DNA of 64,000 bases, taken from NCBI RefSeq assembly GCF_009914755.1, contig NC_060947.1. One strand, given 5' to 3'. Position numbers and translations under genes: made by a program. Within the stretch, counting starts at the first letter, position 1, and the number at the start of each line of letters is the position of its first letter. The notes beneath the pieces are model-generated. The model made no database searches. It was not told where the DNA came from and saw only the letters and a list, made by a program, of their open reading frames with translations. Source of the DNA: the human T2T-CHM13v2.0 reference genome, Homo sapiens. Shown one piece after another: positions 26,501 to 39,492 of the stretch.

Positions 26501-27563
26501 ATGTGGACAATTGGGGGTCTATGAATCAAGGAAAGCCAGACTCCCTTACTGAGGCAGACAGGGCTGGCTCCCAAAGGGTTTTCAGTTCCCCTGCAAGGAT
26601 TCTGGATGCCATCCTTCACCCAGTGCCTCTGCACTGGTTACCCTGAGTGGCTGCAGGCAGAGCTGATGGTCAGCAGGTCCAGCCAGTGCCCAGTTTGAAT
26701 AATCAGTACCCAGGTCACTGCTCCAGGTCAAAGTAGCCTCATCTGCTCACAGATACGATCATTTTTTAGGTGGTCTAATACTTATAAAAGGTCAGGAAGG
26801 ACCACTTTTCACAGTGAAGAATGATGGAGGCTTTTAGAGCAAAGAAATAAGGCTACTTTTGGCCCTGAAGTGCCTGAGTCTGCTGGCACTGGAGAGGGGT
26901 CAGGAAGTCTGACAGGAGAGCCTCCTATTGATGCAGGATGAGGAGTGGGAGTGAAGGTCCAGAGTAGCTGGCTTGGAAAAGGAGGGAAAGACAAAACCAC
27001 AGAGCCTTGCTTCATCATCTGCATAATGTGGCGGACAGTCCTACAGGAGACAGCCCCTCCACATAGGCCAAGGTCAATGCCATCTAGAACCAAAGAGTTG
27101 CACAGCTTCCTGTGCTGTGTGGATTATTTTTGCCTCCAGTTCTGGGATATGGATATGATGCTTGGGCGACAGCTCTCAGAATTGTCCTGTCTCTTCTGCT
27201 GCTATACCACACTGCTGCACTCCGGTGCATTCCCTCTTGCTTTTAGGGTCTAAATGTCCATTAATAAACCCATGTTGTTTTATAGCCCCAGGTCCACTGT
27301 CACTTCAAGCTGGAACGTCACTAATGTGTTTCCTTCCCCTCATTGACTGTGCTGCCCGTTAATACCACATCTCCTCCTGGCCCATCCACCTGGTCGCCCA
27401 GCAGCTGCCAACCAGCCTGTAGCAGTGTCGTGCTGGAGTCTCAGTATGTAAAGTAGATGCAAGGGTATAGGCCCATCCTGGAAGCTGGAAGCATGGAAGG
27501 TGAACTCATGGCCTCCCCTAGCATGGTAGCCCAGGGTGGGGCTACTGAATGATCCTAAAGGTG

Positions 27564-27991
27564 TGTCATGGATTGAATGGTAGCCCCCTAAAATATATCC
27601 GTGTCCTAATTCTCAGAACTTGTGAATATTGCCTTATATGGCAAAAATGTGTGATTAAGCCAATGATTTGAGATTAAGAGTTTATTCTGGAGTATCTGGT
27701 TGGGTCCCAAATGTAATTGCAGGTATCGTTATGAGACAGACATAAAGGAGGGCATGTGAAGATGGAGGTAGAGACTGGAGCAATGCAGCACAAGCTAAGG
27801 ACCACCTAGGGCCACCAGAGGCTGGAGGAGGCAAGGAAGCACTCTCCCCTAGAGCCTTCAGAAGGAGCACAGCCCCACAACACTTTGATCTCAGATTTCT
27901 GTCCTCTGTATCTGTGAGAGAATAATTTCTGGTGTTCTAAGCCACCCGATCTGTGGTACTTTGTTACAGCAACTGCAAAAAATGTATTAAA
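27564..27991 (+). mobile_element. MaLR solo LTR (MLT1C-like)
   Basis: tgtcatggattgaatggtagcccc ... gccaccagaggctggaggaggcaaggaagc ... taagccacccgatctgtggtactttgttacagc. Confidence 0.9.
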
Positions 27992-29426
27992 GGAGGGAAG
28001 GTTGTTTCAAGGGGACACAAATATGGCCTTAGTCCCAGCACAAAGTTCCCTGGATAAGACCCCACCTTAGCCCAATTCTGACCAAAAGGCTTTGGTCTCA
28101 GACAACTAGGTTTTTTTTCCTATAGGAAGAACATCATGGCAATTGATGAGTCAACATTGCCCTGTAGAGATACACTTCAAAGGCAACTTTGCTTGCTGAA
28201 ATATATCCAGTCCTGAAAGGGCTGGAGCACTGCCTACCTTCAGAGTTCTAACTTAGTAGGTCTGTAGTTTGAGTTCAGGACTCATATAATTGTTTAGGGA
28301 AATGGGACCTTACCCTAAAGGAGGAGCAAGAAGACATGAGTGTGAACTATGAATGACACAGAGGTGAGAGGAGCAGCCGGTGTATCTAACTCCAGCCCCA
28401 GGAGCCCCGAAGAATGTGGGCCAAACAGAACAAAGTTATAAGAAGTAATGTGAGAGCCTCAACTGAGAGAGCCTAAACCAAGTGTCCCAGAATGTGGCAG
28501 TGGAAGTGAGCTTGGAGAAAGGAGTCAGCAGGGAGCTGTGGCAGCCAGACATGCCATGGTGTGCATTCAGAGGTAGAATCCCCAGAATGATGGGGGTGAG
28601 AGTCCTGATACCCCTCCATCCCTATAAGGCTCGGTTCACTTTGGGTTCTATACTGTAAGAGGCCTAGGTATAAACAACAGTCTTCTGGGAAGGACAGGCC
28701 CCAAGTGGGGAGGGGACCCAAGCCCACAGCATCTGAGGCAGGTGTGGGAGTCTTAAGCAATGTCCTCAGCTCTCCAGAGGGCTGGCCTGGGATCGAAGGC
28801 CCAGAATTGTCTTTCTTAGGCAATGGCATTTGTTTTCAAATGAGTAGCAGTGCCCTTTCCATCTGCTCCTGGCTGCCATGGTGCTGGTGTGGTGGTGGCC
28901 TTGGGGACAGTGGTGTAGGTGAAACAATGTGCTGGCGAGGTCAAGGTTGGGCTCCCCACTTTTTGGCATGCTGGATGTCAGCAGCCAGTGGGGAGAGAGA
29001 GCTTAGTGCCAGCCAGCCAGTCTTTTCTCCTGCTGTTTGGGCTGGTCAGTACTAGAAAGATGACAGCCTACCAAATGGGGTCCTGGCCTTGGAATGGCTG
29101 GCTAAGGAACACAGATCCTTTGAAGCTGCACACAGGAGCAAGCTTTTGTGTATTTGGTGTTAGTGCTAATGGCATTGAAGTGTGTTCTTGTGGCAAGCGA
29201 GAGACTGCGGGTGACAGAGGAGCAGCCAGCTAAAGGGTGAGTTATCTGGCAGGGAGAGGGCTGAGCAGGGGAGCCAGACAAATAGGCAGTCAGGCAGAAG
29301 TGCGAAGACTGATAGTGAGGGGGCCCGGTCCTGCCCACAGGAAGCTAGACCAGAACAGTGTCCAGAAGAGCTTCAGGCCTTGAGACTCAGGGGGGCAAAA
29401 GGTATAAAGCCATTTTCCCCTAGTGA

Positions 29427-29890
<464 letters not shown>

Positions 29891-30063
29891 TCAGCCAGCC
29901 ACTGCCTCATTGTGGACTCTCAGTGAGGCCTTTCCCTTCTCTGATCCTCAGTTTCCCCATCAGCAAGAGGCCTGATGCAGACCATTGTCATGGGCCCTCC
30001 CAGTGTAGCCAGTTCGTGACCACCCCTCCTTTTGCCAGAGAAGGGTACTCACATCAGCCCCTC

Positions 30064-30549
30064 TGTGTCAGTTTTCAAGGGCTGCTACAGCCAAGTACGG
30101 TAAACTGGTGAGCTTAAAACAACACATTTATTCTCACACTGTTCTGGAGGCTAGGAGTCCAAAATCAGTATCACTGGGCTGATCAGTATTAGCAGAGCCC
30201 CACTCCTTCTGGAGGCTCCAGCGGAGATTCTGTTCTTTGCCTCTTCCTGCCTCTGGTGGCTATTGGCATTCCTTGGATTATGGCTTCACCATTCCAATCT
30301 CTGCTTTTGTGAACACAAGGTCTTCTCTTCTGTGTGTCTGTGGCAAGTCTCCCTCTGCCTCTCTCTTAGAAGGACACTTGTGATTGTATTTAGGGCACAC
30401 CTAAGTAACTCAGGGTAACCTTCTCCTCTCACAATTCTTAATCCCATCTACAAAGTCCTTTTTTTGCCCTATAAGGTGACATTCCCACGTTCCATGGTTC
30501 ACAATGTGGATATCTTTTGGAAGACATTTTTTTTGTTTGCTGCACCACT
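30064..30549 (-). mobile_element. MaLR solo LTR (MLT1C-like)
   Basis: tgtgtcagttttcaagggctgc ... tttattctcacactgttctggaggctaggagtcc ... gccctataaggtgacattc. Confidence 0.88.
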
Positions 30550-31004
30550 ATTTGGGCCTTTCTTGGTATTTCTACAGCCCTCCTATATCGACTCCAATGT
30601 TTTCACAAGATTCACTTGTTCTCAGCTGTCAAAAGAGGAAAAACACCCAGAACTCCCTCACCAAATCCAACACTTTGCCATATCCTGGTATATTAAAACA
30701 AAAATCCCCTGTGGCCCGTTTCAGACCTAACCCAGTGAAACCCAGCTCACTGCACCTCTGGACATGTCACAGAATCCAAGTCCAAACACCTTGAAGGCCT
30801 CAAAACATTCCTTCTAGCATTTGGTGAGCTTCTTAAGCATGTCTGCATATGCACACATTTGTGTGTGCACACGTGTGTGCATGTGTGTGTGTATGGTTGG
30901 GGTAGGGAGCAGAGACATTTTGAGAACCCTGAGGTTCTGTACATCAACCCACCTCCTGATCTTCAAGGAGCCCTTCACATCCTAGATTTTGAAGCCAAGC
31001 AATG

Positions 31005-31083
31005 CCACATCACATGGCTGAAACACTGACAATCTGCAGTAAGTACCACATCACATGGCTGAAACACTGACAAACTGCAGTAA
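31005..31083. repeat. Tandem duplication, 41-bp period, 2 copies
   Basis: ccacatcacatggctgaaacactgacaa(t/a)ctgcagtaa at 31005-31042 and 31046-31083, 1 mismatch. Confidence 0.95.
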
Positions 31084-31472
31084 AGAGCTGCATCAAAGGG
31101 AATGAATGAGCCATATGTGTATTACCAAGGACAGGAGACCAAGAAAGACATTGGAAATAATCCACCAGGTTCAAGGGTAAAAGATAATTGCCAAAGGGGA
31201 AAATATTAAGAGCCTAAGCACCCAACTCCCTTGCCTGGTCCCTGTGCCCCACACCCACCACTTAGGGAGAACGTGCTCAGAAAAATGAAGTTTAAAGTGT
31301 GACCAGGAATTCAGCCCCCAGTGTCTGGCCACCATGTGGTGACATGACTTGGAGGCCACCAAAAATACTGTTACAATCTCACATCTGAGGAGCAACATCC
31401 AGGCTCCCAGGGTTTGCTTTTCTGATCAGACACTGACCCTGACAAAAGGCTGCAGCAGGCAGCTAAGGTACC

Positions 31473-32078
31473 CATGATGGTTAATTACATGTATCTATTA
31501 TTCCACGCTTTATGTCCATGTGTACACATTATTTAACTCTCACTGGTGGGGTGGGGGTGGATGATGAGAAATTACTAAATGGGTACAATGTACATTATTC
31601 AAGTGGTGGATACAGTAAAAACCCTGACTTCACAATTTATGCATGTAACAAAATTACACTCTTACCTCAAAAATTTACGCAAGTTTAGAAAATTATATGT
31701 GTCAACTTGGCTAGGCTGTGGCACTCAGTAATTTTGTCAGTCTAGATGCCATTAACTTTTACAATCAGTTGATTGAAGAAAAGAAGATTAGTAATCCTTG
31801 ATAATGTGAGTGGGACTCATCCAATCAGTTGAAAACCTTAAGAGCAAAGGCTGAGGTTTCCCAAAGCTAGACTGCAATGCATAAACCCTGCCTCAGTTTC
31901 CAGTATTTGAATCCAAGCCTGCAACATCAACTGTTACCTGAATCTCCAGCCTGCCTGCCTTGCAGATTTCAGACCTGTCAGCTCCCACAATCACACGATA
32001 GATAGAGAGAAAGAGAGAGATAGACAGATAGAGAATTTCCTATTGGCTCTGTTTCTCTGGAGAATCCCAACTAATACA
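31473..32078 (+). mobile_element. MLT2 (ERVL) solo LTR, interrupted near its 5' end by an L1MA insertion
   Basis: tgatggttaatt ... [insert] ... atgtgtcaacttggctagg; gtgggactcatccaatcagttgaa; 3' end ctctgtttctctggagaatcccaactaataca. Confidence 0.88.
31493..31690 (+). mobile_element. Short L1MA-type 3' end with 5' inversion (twin priming)
   Basis: 31493-31544 is antisense L1MA UTR (reverse complement agtgagagttaaataatgtgtacacatggacataaagcgtggaataatagat); 31545-31690 is the sense continuation (gatgagaaattactaaatgggtacaatgtaca...); TSD aattacatgt/aattatatgt. Confidence 0.85.
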
Positions 32079-32446
32079 ATGCCTAGGTGGTCCTATAAGG
32101 CTTCTGTGTGAGTTCTGAGGAGGGAATGGGCAAGCCCTGAACACAACCTCCAGTCCATGCTGTAGGAAAAGAAGGAGGCATGACTGCCACAGACATGTGC
32201 CTTCCCAGCCCTTTTCCCTCTCAACCCCTTATGCATCCCACCTGCTCCCTGACTCGGCCCTGCCTTTTGAGTGCATCTGTCCTGTCCACCCACCCCTCTC
32301 ACCACACACACTCCTCCACAGCAAGCTCCAAAGCTCTCCCGGGGGTGGGGGTGGGGCAGCCCTGGAGAGGTCACCCTCCCAGGGGCTCACTGCCAAGAGC
32401 TGGAGTTCAAGAGGAGGACAGAGGAGCCCTCGCATTCACTGACAGT

Positions 32447-32645
32447 CATTGCCTTATTCAGTATGCACATTAACCCTATAAGATAGGGACCATTAATTAC
32501 ACCCCCCTTTATCAGATGAGGACTCTGGGGCCCAGAGAGGGTATGTGGCTTGCCTGAAGTCACGCAGCTAGCACAGGAGTAGCTAAGAGCCAAATGCCGA
32601 TCTGTGTGACTCTAGAGCCTGTGTTCTTTCTATCATGTCCGCCAC
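32447..32645 (-). mobile_element. MIR SINE
   Basis: ccctttatcagatgaggactctggggcccagagagggtatgtggcttgcctgaagtcacgcagctag. Confidence 0.85.
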
Positions 32646-33781
32646 CCAAGATTACTATTCTCTGTAGACACAGGGTAACAACAAGGCTGCTCCAGAAACG
32701 TGCTCTGCCTTCCGTGGTCACGCAGGGGCTCAAGCTCAGACATGAGAGGTGTAACTCAGCAGCAACGGTTACCTATGTGCGGCTGAAGGATACAGCCGCA
32801 GGGAGCATGAGGCTCTCGAAACACAGAAAGCCCTTCAGAAGCGGATTCTGCCTGCAGGAATGACAGACTACCACAGCTCATCTGACTAAGTTGGGGGAGT
32901 CTAAATAGAATTGAGCATCTAAGAATGAGAGAGACTTTCTTCCAATGACAGTGTTGCCATTGAACTGGATTTCAATAGGGGTGGTGTGGAGACCAGGACA
33001 GGCTCTTTGGAGGAAGAAAAGCCTGAATTCAGCTCCAGCCAGGATGGCGGCCATGCTGGAGTAAAATTCAAGAGACTCAGAGAGAGAGGCCTCACCCCCG
33101 TGGCTCCAGCCTCCTGTGCAGGAAAAAACACAGAGGCCTTGCCTAGGAAGGAAAGAGGAGTGCCTGTGAAGCTGGCCCTGTTGCCGCAGGGAGAGAATAC
33201 AGACACCTGGCCAGTATCTGAGCTCCTGAGCTGGTGAGTGGAGCTATACAGACTGTTGAAGGCGTTTCTTCCAAAGGTATTTCTTTCAAAGAATCTTTGT
33301 TACAGCAGCCTGGCATTTCAGCTTACAAAGGCATTTCAGCTCTGAATCCGAATCAACGAACAGAGCAAATGAGATATACTGGATAAAGGGCAAAACTGCC
33401 AGGCAGTGATGCAGCGATCTTGATTATGGAGAAATGCAGATGGATAGGCTGAGGGGTTCCAGGCATGTTCGTGGGTCTCCTCAGCCCTCCATTTGTGCAT
33501 CTATCCACTCATTCTTCCATCCATCCTCCATTTTCTGCCTCCTTCCAAGCCTGCCTGAGACCTAGTACTGGCTTGTGCCCTGGGCTAGCCTGTTTTATAG
33601 GAGGAACACAGAGGAATCCCACACGGACTTTGACTTCAGAGCAAAGCACTCGCTCACTGCACCCTTGTCCTGAGCCGGCCCCCTCCATCTCAGCAATGCT
33701 CAACTGCTCACAGTTCCATCATGCCTCTGCTTGGAAGCCATTCTTCATCTTGTCCCCCTGGAAGACTAGCGGCAGCCCCTG

Positions 33782-34574
33782 CGTGGTAGGCTGGAAAATG
33801 TTTCCCAAAAGATATCAGCCCCTAATCCCCAGAACCTGTGAACATTACCTTATACGGCACAAAATGTGATTAATTTTAGGATTTTGAGATGGGGAGATTA
33901 TCCTGGATTATTTAGATGGGCCATAAAATTAATCACAAGTGTCCTTATGAAAGGGAGAATAGACAGAGACAGAGACTGGAGTGATGCAACCACAAAGCCA
34001 GGTGTCTTGGTCAGTTCAGGCTGCTATAACAAAATGCCATAGATTGGGTGGTTTATAAACAACAGAAAGTGATTTCTCACAGTTCTGGAGGCCGGAAGTC
34101 TAAGATCAAGGTGCCGGCATGGGCGGGTTCTGGTGAGAACCCTCTTCTGGGTTGCAGACAGCTGACTTTTCCAGTATCCTCACACCACAGAAAGGGCAAA
34201 GAGCTCTGTCATGTTCATTTTACAAGGGCACTAATGCCAATCAAGAGGGCTCCACCCTCATGACAGAATTACATCCCAAAGGCCCCATCTTCTAATACCA
34301 TCACATTGGGGGTTAGGATTTCAACATAGGAATTTTAGGGGGACACAAGCAGCTAGTCATTGCACCAAGGAATGCCAGAAGCCACCAGAAGCTGGAAAAA
34401 CCAAGGAAAGGATTCTCCCCTGGAGCCTCCAGAGATAGCTTGGCCCTGCCAACACCTTGATTTCAGTGAAGTGATACTGATTTTGGACTTCTGGACTCCA
34501 GAACTGTGAGACAATAAATTTCTGTTATTTTAAGGCACCAAGTTTGTGGTAATTTGTTACAGAAAACTCATACA
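33782..34574 (+). mobile_element. MaLR solo LTR (MLT1C/D-like) hosting a nested MLT1A
   Basis: cgtggtaggctggaaaatgtttcccaaaagatatc ... ggagattatcctggattat ... gtttgtggtaatttgttacagaaaactcataca; TSD ccctg/tcctg. Confidence 0.9.
34003..34364 (-). mobile_element. MaLR solo LTR (MLT1A0-like) nested antisense in the MLT1C/D
   Basis: tgtcttggtcagttcaggctgctataacaaaatgccataga ... ggggacacaagcagctagtcattgca; TSD ccagg/ccaag. Confidence 0.9.
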
Positions 34575-34736
34575 TCCTGGCAGGTTGATTGTAAAGGTTC
34601 AAGAAGATGCTTTATTTATATGCAGGCTCTAGCATGTAGTATGAGTTCAATGAATTGTAACTTAACTGAGCACTAACAGAAGATGCTAGGCCAAAAGGTT
34701 ACATATCAGAAGTCCAATCAATAATTGCAAACTTTC

Positions 34737-34848
34737 ATTCAAGACTGCAGCGCACTATGATTGTGCCTGTGAATAGCCACTGCACTCCAGGCGACATAGT
34801 TGAGACCCTGTTTCTAAAAATAAAAATAAAAATAAATTAAAAGTAAAG
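34737..34848 (+). mobile_element. 5'-truncated FAM-like (fossil Alu monomer, 7SL-derived) retrocopy
   Basis: Contains 7SL/FAM-specific actatgattgtgcctgtgaatagccactgcactccag; A-rich tail; perfect 14-bp TSD aattgcaaactttc (34723-34736, 34849-34862). Confidence 0.85.
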
Positions 34849-35554
34849 AATTGCAAACTTTCCAGCCTCCCTGGGCCTAGTTGGATACAAACACTTGGTC
34901 TCTGAAGAGAATTGAAAAACATAAAGTTGATTTGATTCATAAGTAGAAGACTTTCTTCTTACTAAGTACACCTTCTGCCACCAAATCTAAAAATGCCACA
35001 GGGCTCAGGTAGTAATAGCTGTGTAGTTGGATCACATATAGTGTCTTTGGGGGTGGATGGCTATCCCAGGAACAGCAGACATGGAGCTGATGCATCTACC
35101 CTTCCCCCAGGCTTCCCATCACACAAGCTCCCAGGGGAAAGGGTTCCCTAAACCCGTAATGCAGTAGGCCTGACCAGTTTATGCCAACTTGCCAGGTGGC
35201 ATGTCCAGTCTCCCATACCATCCCACCAGCCTGGCAAGCCCCCAACACAGCACCTCCCTGGCTCTGTTAGTAGAATCCTGGCCCTGGTAGGTGGGGTTCA
35301 GGCCAAGTGAGCAGACCAGAGGAGTTTGACTCACCTTGGTCGGCAGGAAAAATATTGCTGCCTGCCCCTCTCAAGACAAGCCCAATGGTCACTCAGTGAA
35401 GACAGCCCCTTTCCTAGTTTCTGCAGTGCCCACCGTAACAAAGCTACCATGGAAATACAACGGGCCCCATTACCCCACAGTCATTCTATAATGCTGTAAA
35501 ATAGTTTCTCTCTTGCCTGGTCATGGAGAAAAACACCACCAGAGAATTGCTTCG

Positions 35555-35582
35555 TGTGTATGTGCCTGTGTGTGTGTGTGTG
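35555..35582. repeat. Short imperfect (TG)n
   Basis: gtgtgtatgtgcctgtgtgtgtgtgtgt. Confidence 0.8.
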
Positions 35583-36265
35583 GCCAAGTGCACCAAATTA
35601 CTGGGGTTATTGGATGCTACCAAGAGCCTCACTGTGGAGGAGTGAGATGAATCCTCTTCCTCCAGTCTCCTGAGCAGCTCCCAGCTCAGACTAAGTAGCA
35701 GTTTATTATGAATCTTATCTGATAGCAGTATTTCTATTTAGCAGCACATATATAAGCTCAGCCTGGTCTAAAAAGATGTGACATGAGATATGTCTGCTCA
35801 GCCACAGTCTGGGGCCCTGTAATTGAACACTTGTAATTAACATGAAGTCACCAGCTTGGTGCCACTCAAAGGGCACCAGGTAGGGCAGGAAGGGGGATGG
35901 TTGCTAAAGGCCTATACACAAGAAGATTTTCTAAACACTGGGGAGAAGGCAGCAAAAGACCCTACCATTGCCCACGGACCCTGCTGCTATGCTGGCAATG
36001 CCCCTCTTGGTTAATGCCAAGCCTTAGGCCATCCATCCCTTGGTCTTTCTGGAAGTAGGGGGTGGGGCAGGTGTCAAAAGCCCCAAGGTCAGATGGGCTG
36101 GTTATAGTGGGCTCCCTCTTCATCTTTGCTTTCTGCCTGCACCCGGGGCTTGGCTTCCTGCACACAAACAAGAGTTGAAACTCTCTAGTGGGTTCCAGCC
36201 CCCACCTGAATCCCACCCACAATTGAGCCAGGGATAGCAGGAAAGCAGGAAACAGGAAGGAAATA

Positions 36266-36335
36266 CTGTATCGGGCACTGAGCTCGATGCTGTATCGGGC
36301 ACTCACCTCTGTATCGGACACTGAGCTCAATGCTG
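36266..36335. repeat. Local triplication (24/19/24-bp units) at the edge of an antisense L2 fragment
   Basis: ctgtatcgg(g/a)cact repeated at 36266, 36290 and 36309; full unit ctgtatcgggcactgagctcgatg. Confidence 0.9.
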
Positions 36336-36439
36336 GTGACTAGGAACTGAATCAAGTATGGTCCCTCCATCAGCCCCCAAGGAGCTTATCAATAATAGGA
36401 AAGCCAGATACACAAACATTGAGGAGTTACAGAACTTTC

Positions 36440-36580
36440 TACAAGCCACTTTTCCTTTCTAGCCCTCAGTGTCCTCATCTGTAAACTGGGGATAATAATA
36501 CTAACAGAAGTGGAGTCTCTAATGAGGTAAAGAATAGGCAAGTGCTTCCAAGGACATAAAGAGGCAGTGAGTGTCACAGA
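36440..36580 (+). mobile_element. MIR fragment
   Basis: ccctcagtgtcctcatctgtaaactggggataataatac. Confidence 0.8.
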
Positions 36581-37081
36581 TCAACCCTGCACATTTCTCA
36601 CCATACCCACCTGTGCTCCCTGGAGCAAGAGAAGTGTGTAGGCCTGCTGCCACTGATCTGTAGCTTGGAAATGCCTGTAGGGCTTTGCCTTGGCTCTCAA
36701 CATGATGCTCTCATGGCCTGCCCATCTATCTTCCAACTTGTGAACCAGGACCTTATGCTGAGAAATCCAGGTAAGAGACATGCTGGCCAGAAAGGTTGGC
36801 ATGTGAGAGGATCCCATTCCTTGCCCTCAGAAGGCATGGGCGAGCAGAGCCATTGCCTATCATGAAACACCCTTGCATGGGACAAACCTTTGATTTGAAA
36901 CCCTATGCCTGCTGTCTATCCTGGGTTCATTCTTTGACACCAAGTCCATTAGTTTTTTTAAACACCTCTCCTTTCAACTACCTGATGACAAGCTGATCCC
37001 CTCTTGCTGTGTTCTGCCAGTGTTTTATTGGGTATCAAAAAATATGGGACACATGGAAATGTGTTTTATGTCATTGAATAA

Positions 37082-37236
37082 ACTCTGCACCAGGAGTTAA
37101 GAGTCCCGGGTTCTAGCCCAGACTCTAGCACTTCAAATCTGTTTGACCTCCCCTGGCTTCAAATGCTTCATCTTAAAAATGGAGAGGACATTAGTACCTG
37201 TCTCACAGGGTTGTTATGGGGGTTAAAAGAGATAAA
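37082..37236 (+). mobile_element. MIR fragment
   Basis: cttcatcttaaaaatggagaggacattagtacctgtctcacagggttgttatggggg. Confidence 0.8.
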
Positions 37237-37239
37237 GTC

Positions 37240-39260
37240 TAGCTGGAACAAGAGAGAATAGACATATTTCTCCCTATTTCTCTCATTAAATGCAGCTAAA
37301 CCCCTGGACGTGATAAATAAAACAAACATACAAGATTCTGAAAGGCAGAGAGAAGAAATTAGACAAGTTAGAGACTGTAGGACCCAGGGAATAACACAAG
37401 GGTGTCTTCCCTGGGTTTTCCTTTTACCTTACATATCCCAGATTTAGAGCTGAGGAAACCAGCAACCCAGAAACATCTGCAGGAGCAGACCAAAAAAGGC
37501 CCCAAAGAAAAGCCTTCTCTCTCTAGCCAAAGGACTAGGAAAGGGGCAGCCTAGCAAGACAGAAAACCTTTACAAAGTAACGATTCTATTCCAGCCAACC
37601 ATCACAGAAAACACTATGGTCCTCACCCCTTCCCTACCAGCAAAGACTGAGTGGAAAGCGTATACTTCCACCCTCACCAGGCTAGAACAAGGCACTCCAA
37701 CCTCCCCTTCAGGTGGTATCCAAGAAGACCAGTCAGAGAGCTGGAATGTTCTTTCCCACCCAGCGCTAAGGAGACCACCACCCACAGTGTCATGGAGGCC
37801 ACATAGGGAGCAGTAAGGCAGTATCTCTCCACATTTCAGCCAGCAAGGCATCATTGGCAACTTAGTGGGGAGCCTGAAATCCCACCTCCACACAGCAGTA
37901 ACAAGGTTCCCCAAGCCCCTCCCAGGGTGTCAAAGGAGATTAAGTGAAGAACGTAGACTTCCAACCCCACCTAGCAATAACAAGGCAGCACTTTCCTTTA
38001 CCCAACAAGTGGTATCAGGTAAGGCCTGTGATAACAAAAGGCCTAAACAAAAATCCAAAGTCTCACAACATAATACCTAAAATGTCCAGGATATAATCAA
38101 AATCACTTGGTATACCAAGAACTAAGAAAATTACAACTTGAATAAAAAAGACAATCAACAGATACCAACATTGAGACAAATCAGATGTTGAAATTATCTG
38201 ACAAGAACTGTAAAGCATCTGTCACCAAACTACTTCAGAAATCAATTGCAAACATGTTTGCAACAAATAAAAATCCAGGCAATCTTAGCAAATAAATGGG
38301 AGATATAAAAAAGAACCCAATGGAAATTTTAGATCTGAAAAACACAGTAACTGAAATCAACATCTCTCTGGATAGACTCAATAGTAGATTGGAGATGACA
38401 AAGGGAAAATCAGTGAACTTGAAGGTGGAACAACAGAATTTACTCAAGCTGAAAAACAGAGAGAAAATTTAGTGGAAAAAGATAAACAGAGCCTAAGGGA
38501 TCTGTGAGACTATAATGAAAGATCAATATTCATGTCATCAGAGTCCCAGGAAGAGAATTAAGAAAAGACCATGAGCCTGAAAAAGTATTTGGAGAAATAA
38601 TGACTGTAATTTTTTCAAATTTGGCAAAAAACAGAAACCTCAGGAGGTTAAATGAATCCCAAACAGGATAAATTCAAAGAAATCAATGCCACAACACATA
38701 ACAGTCAAACTCCTGAAAATGAAAGGCAAAGGAAAAATCATGACTGGAGTTCAGAAGAATGATATCTTCCCTATTGGGAAAAGACAATTTGAATGACAGC
38801 AGATATCTCATCAGAAACCATGGAGGCCAGAAGGAATTGACCCAACATATTTTAAGAACTGCCAATCCAGAAACCAATATCCAGAAAAACTATCCTTCTG
38901 AAAGAAAACTAAAAGGCTTTGTCACCCAGAGACCTACCTTAAAAGAATGGCCAAGGGGAGCTCTCTAAATAGAAAGGGAAAATGAATGATAAAAGAAGGA
39001 ATCTTGGGACATCAGGCAGGAAGAAAGAATAAAAATATGGGCAAATGCATTAGACATTCCTCCTCCTCTTGAGTTTTCTGAATTATGTTGGCAGTTGCAG
39101 CAAAACAAACAAACAAACAAAAACTAATTACATTCTCTGAGGCAGTTCTCTATGTACATACAGAAAATAGTTAAGACAATTATATTATAAATGGGGGAGG
39201 GTAAAGGGGCATAAACACATCAATACCAACAACAGACTACCAATTAATTATGAGTATATA
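37240..39260 (+). mobile_element. Old L1M 5' UTR, decayed ORF1 and inter-ORF (no ORF2 follows)
   Basis: ORF1-type ggatagactcaatagtagattggagatgaca ... gacagcagatatctcatcagaaaccatggaggccagaagg; 38940-39215 is visibly homologous to window positions ~100-360. Confidence 0.85.
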
Positions 39261-39492
39261 AAGTATACTCTTTTAATTAAAAGAGAGGGAGAAAGTCCAT
39301 GAAGTGCCTTTCACATGGCAAGTGCTCCATCAACATCACTTGCAGTCAGTTGTAATATTGTTAATGTCCACAATACTATACAACAGTAGCTCAGTGCTGA
39401 GCCCTGGGGAAACTGGGTTAAATGGCTCCCAGTTACCTCCCTTGAGTAGATTACAGTTCAGTGGGAGAAACAGACTCAGAAACAACTGAGTG

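Noticed and set aside
26700-27420. Possible ancient LTR (TATAAAA near 26784, AATAAA near 27263)
   Set aside because: I could not recognise termini, a TSD or a family.
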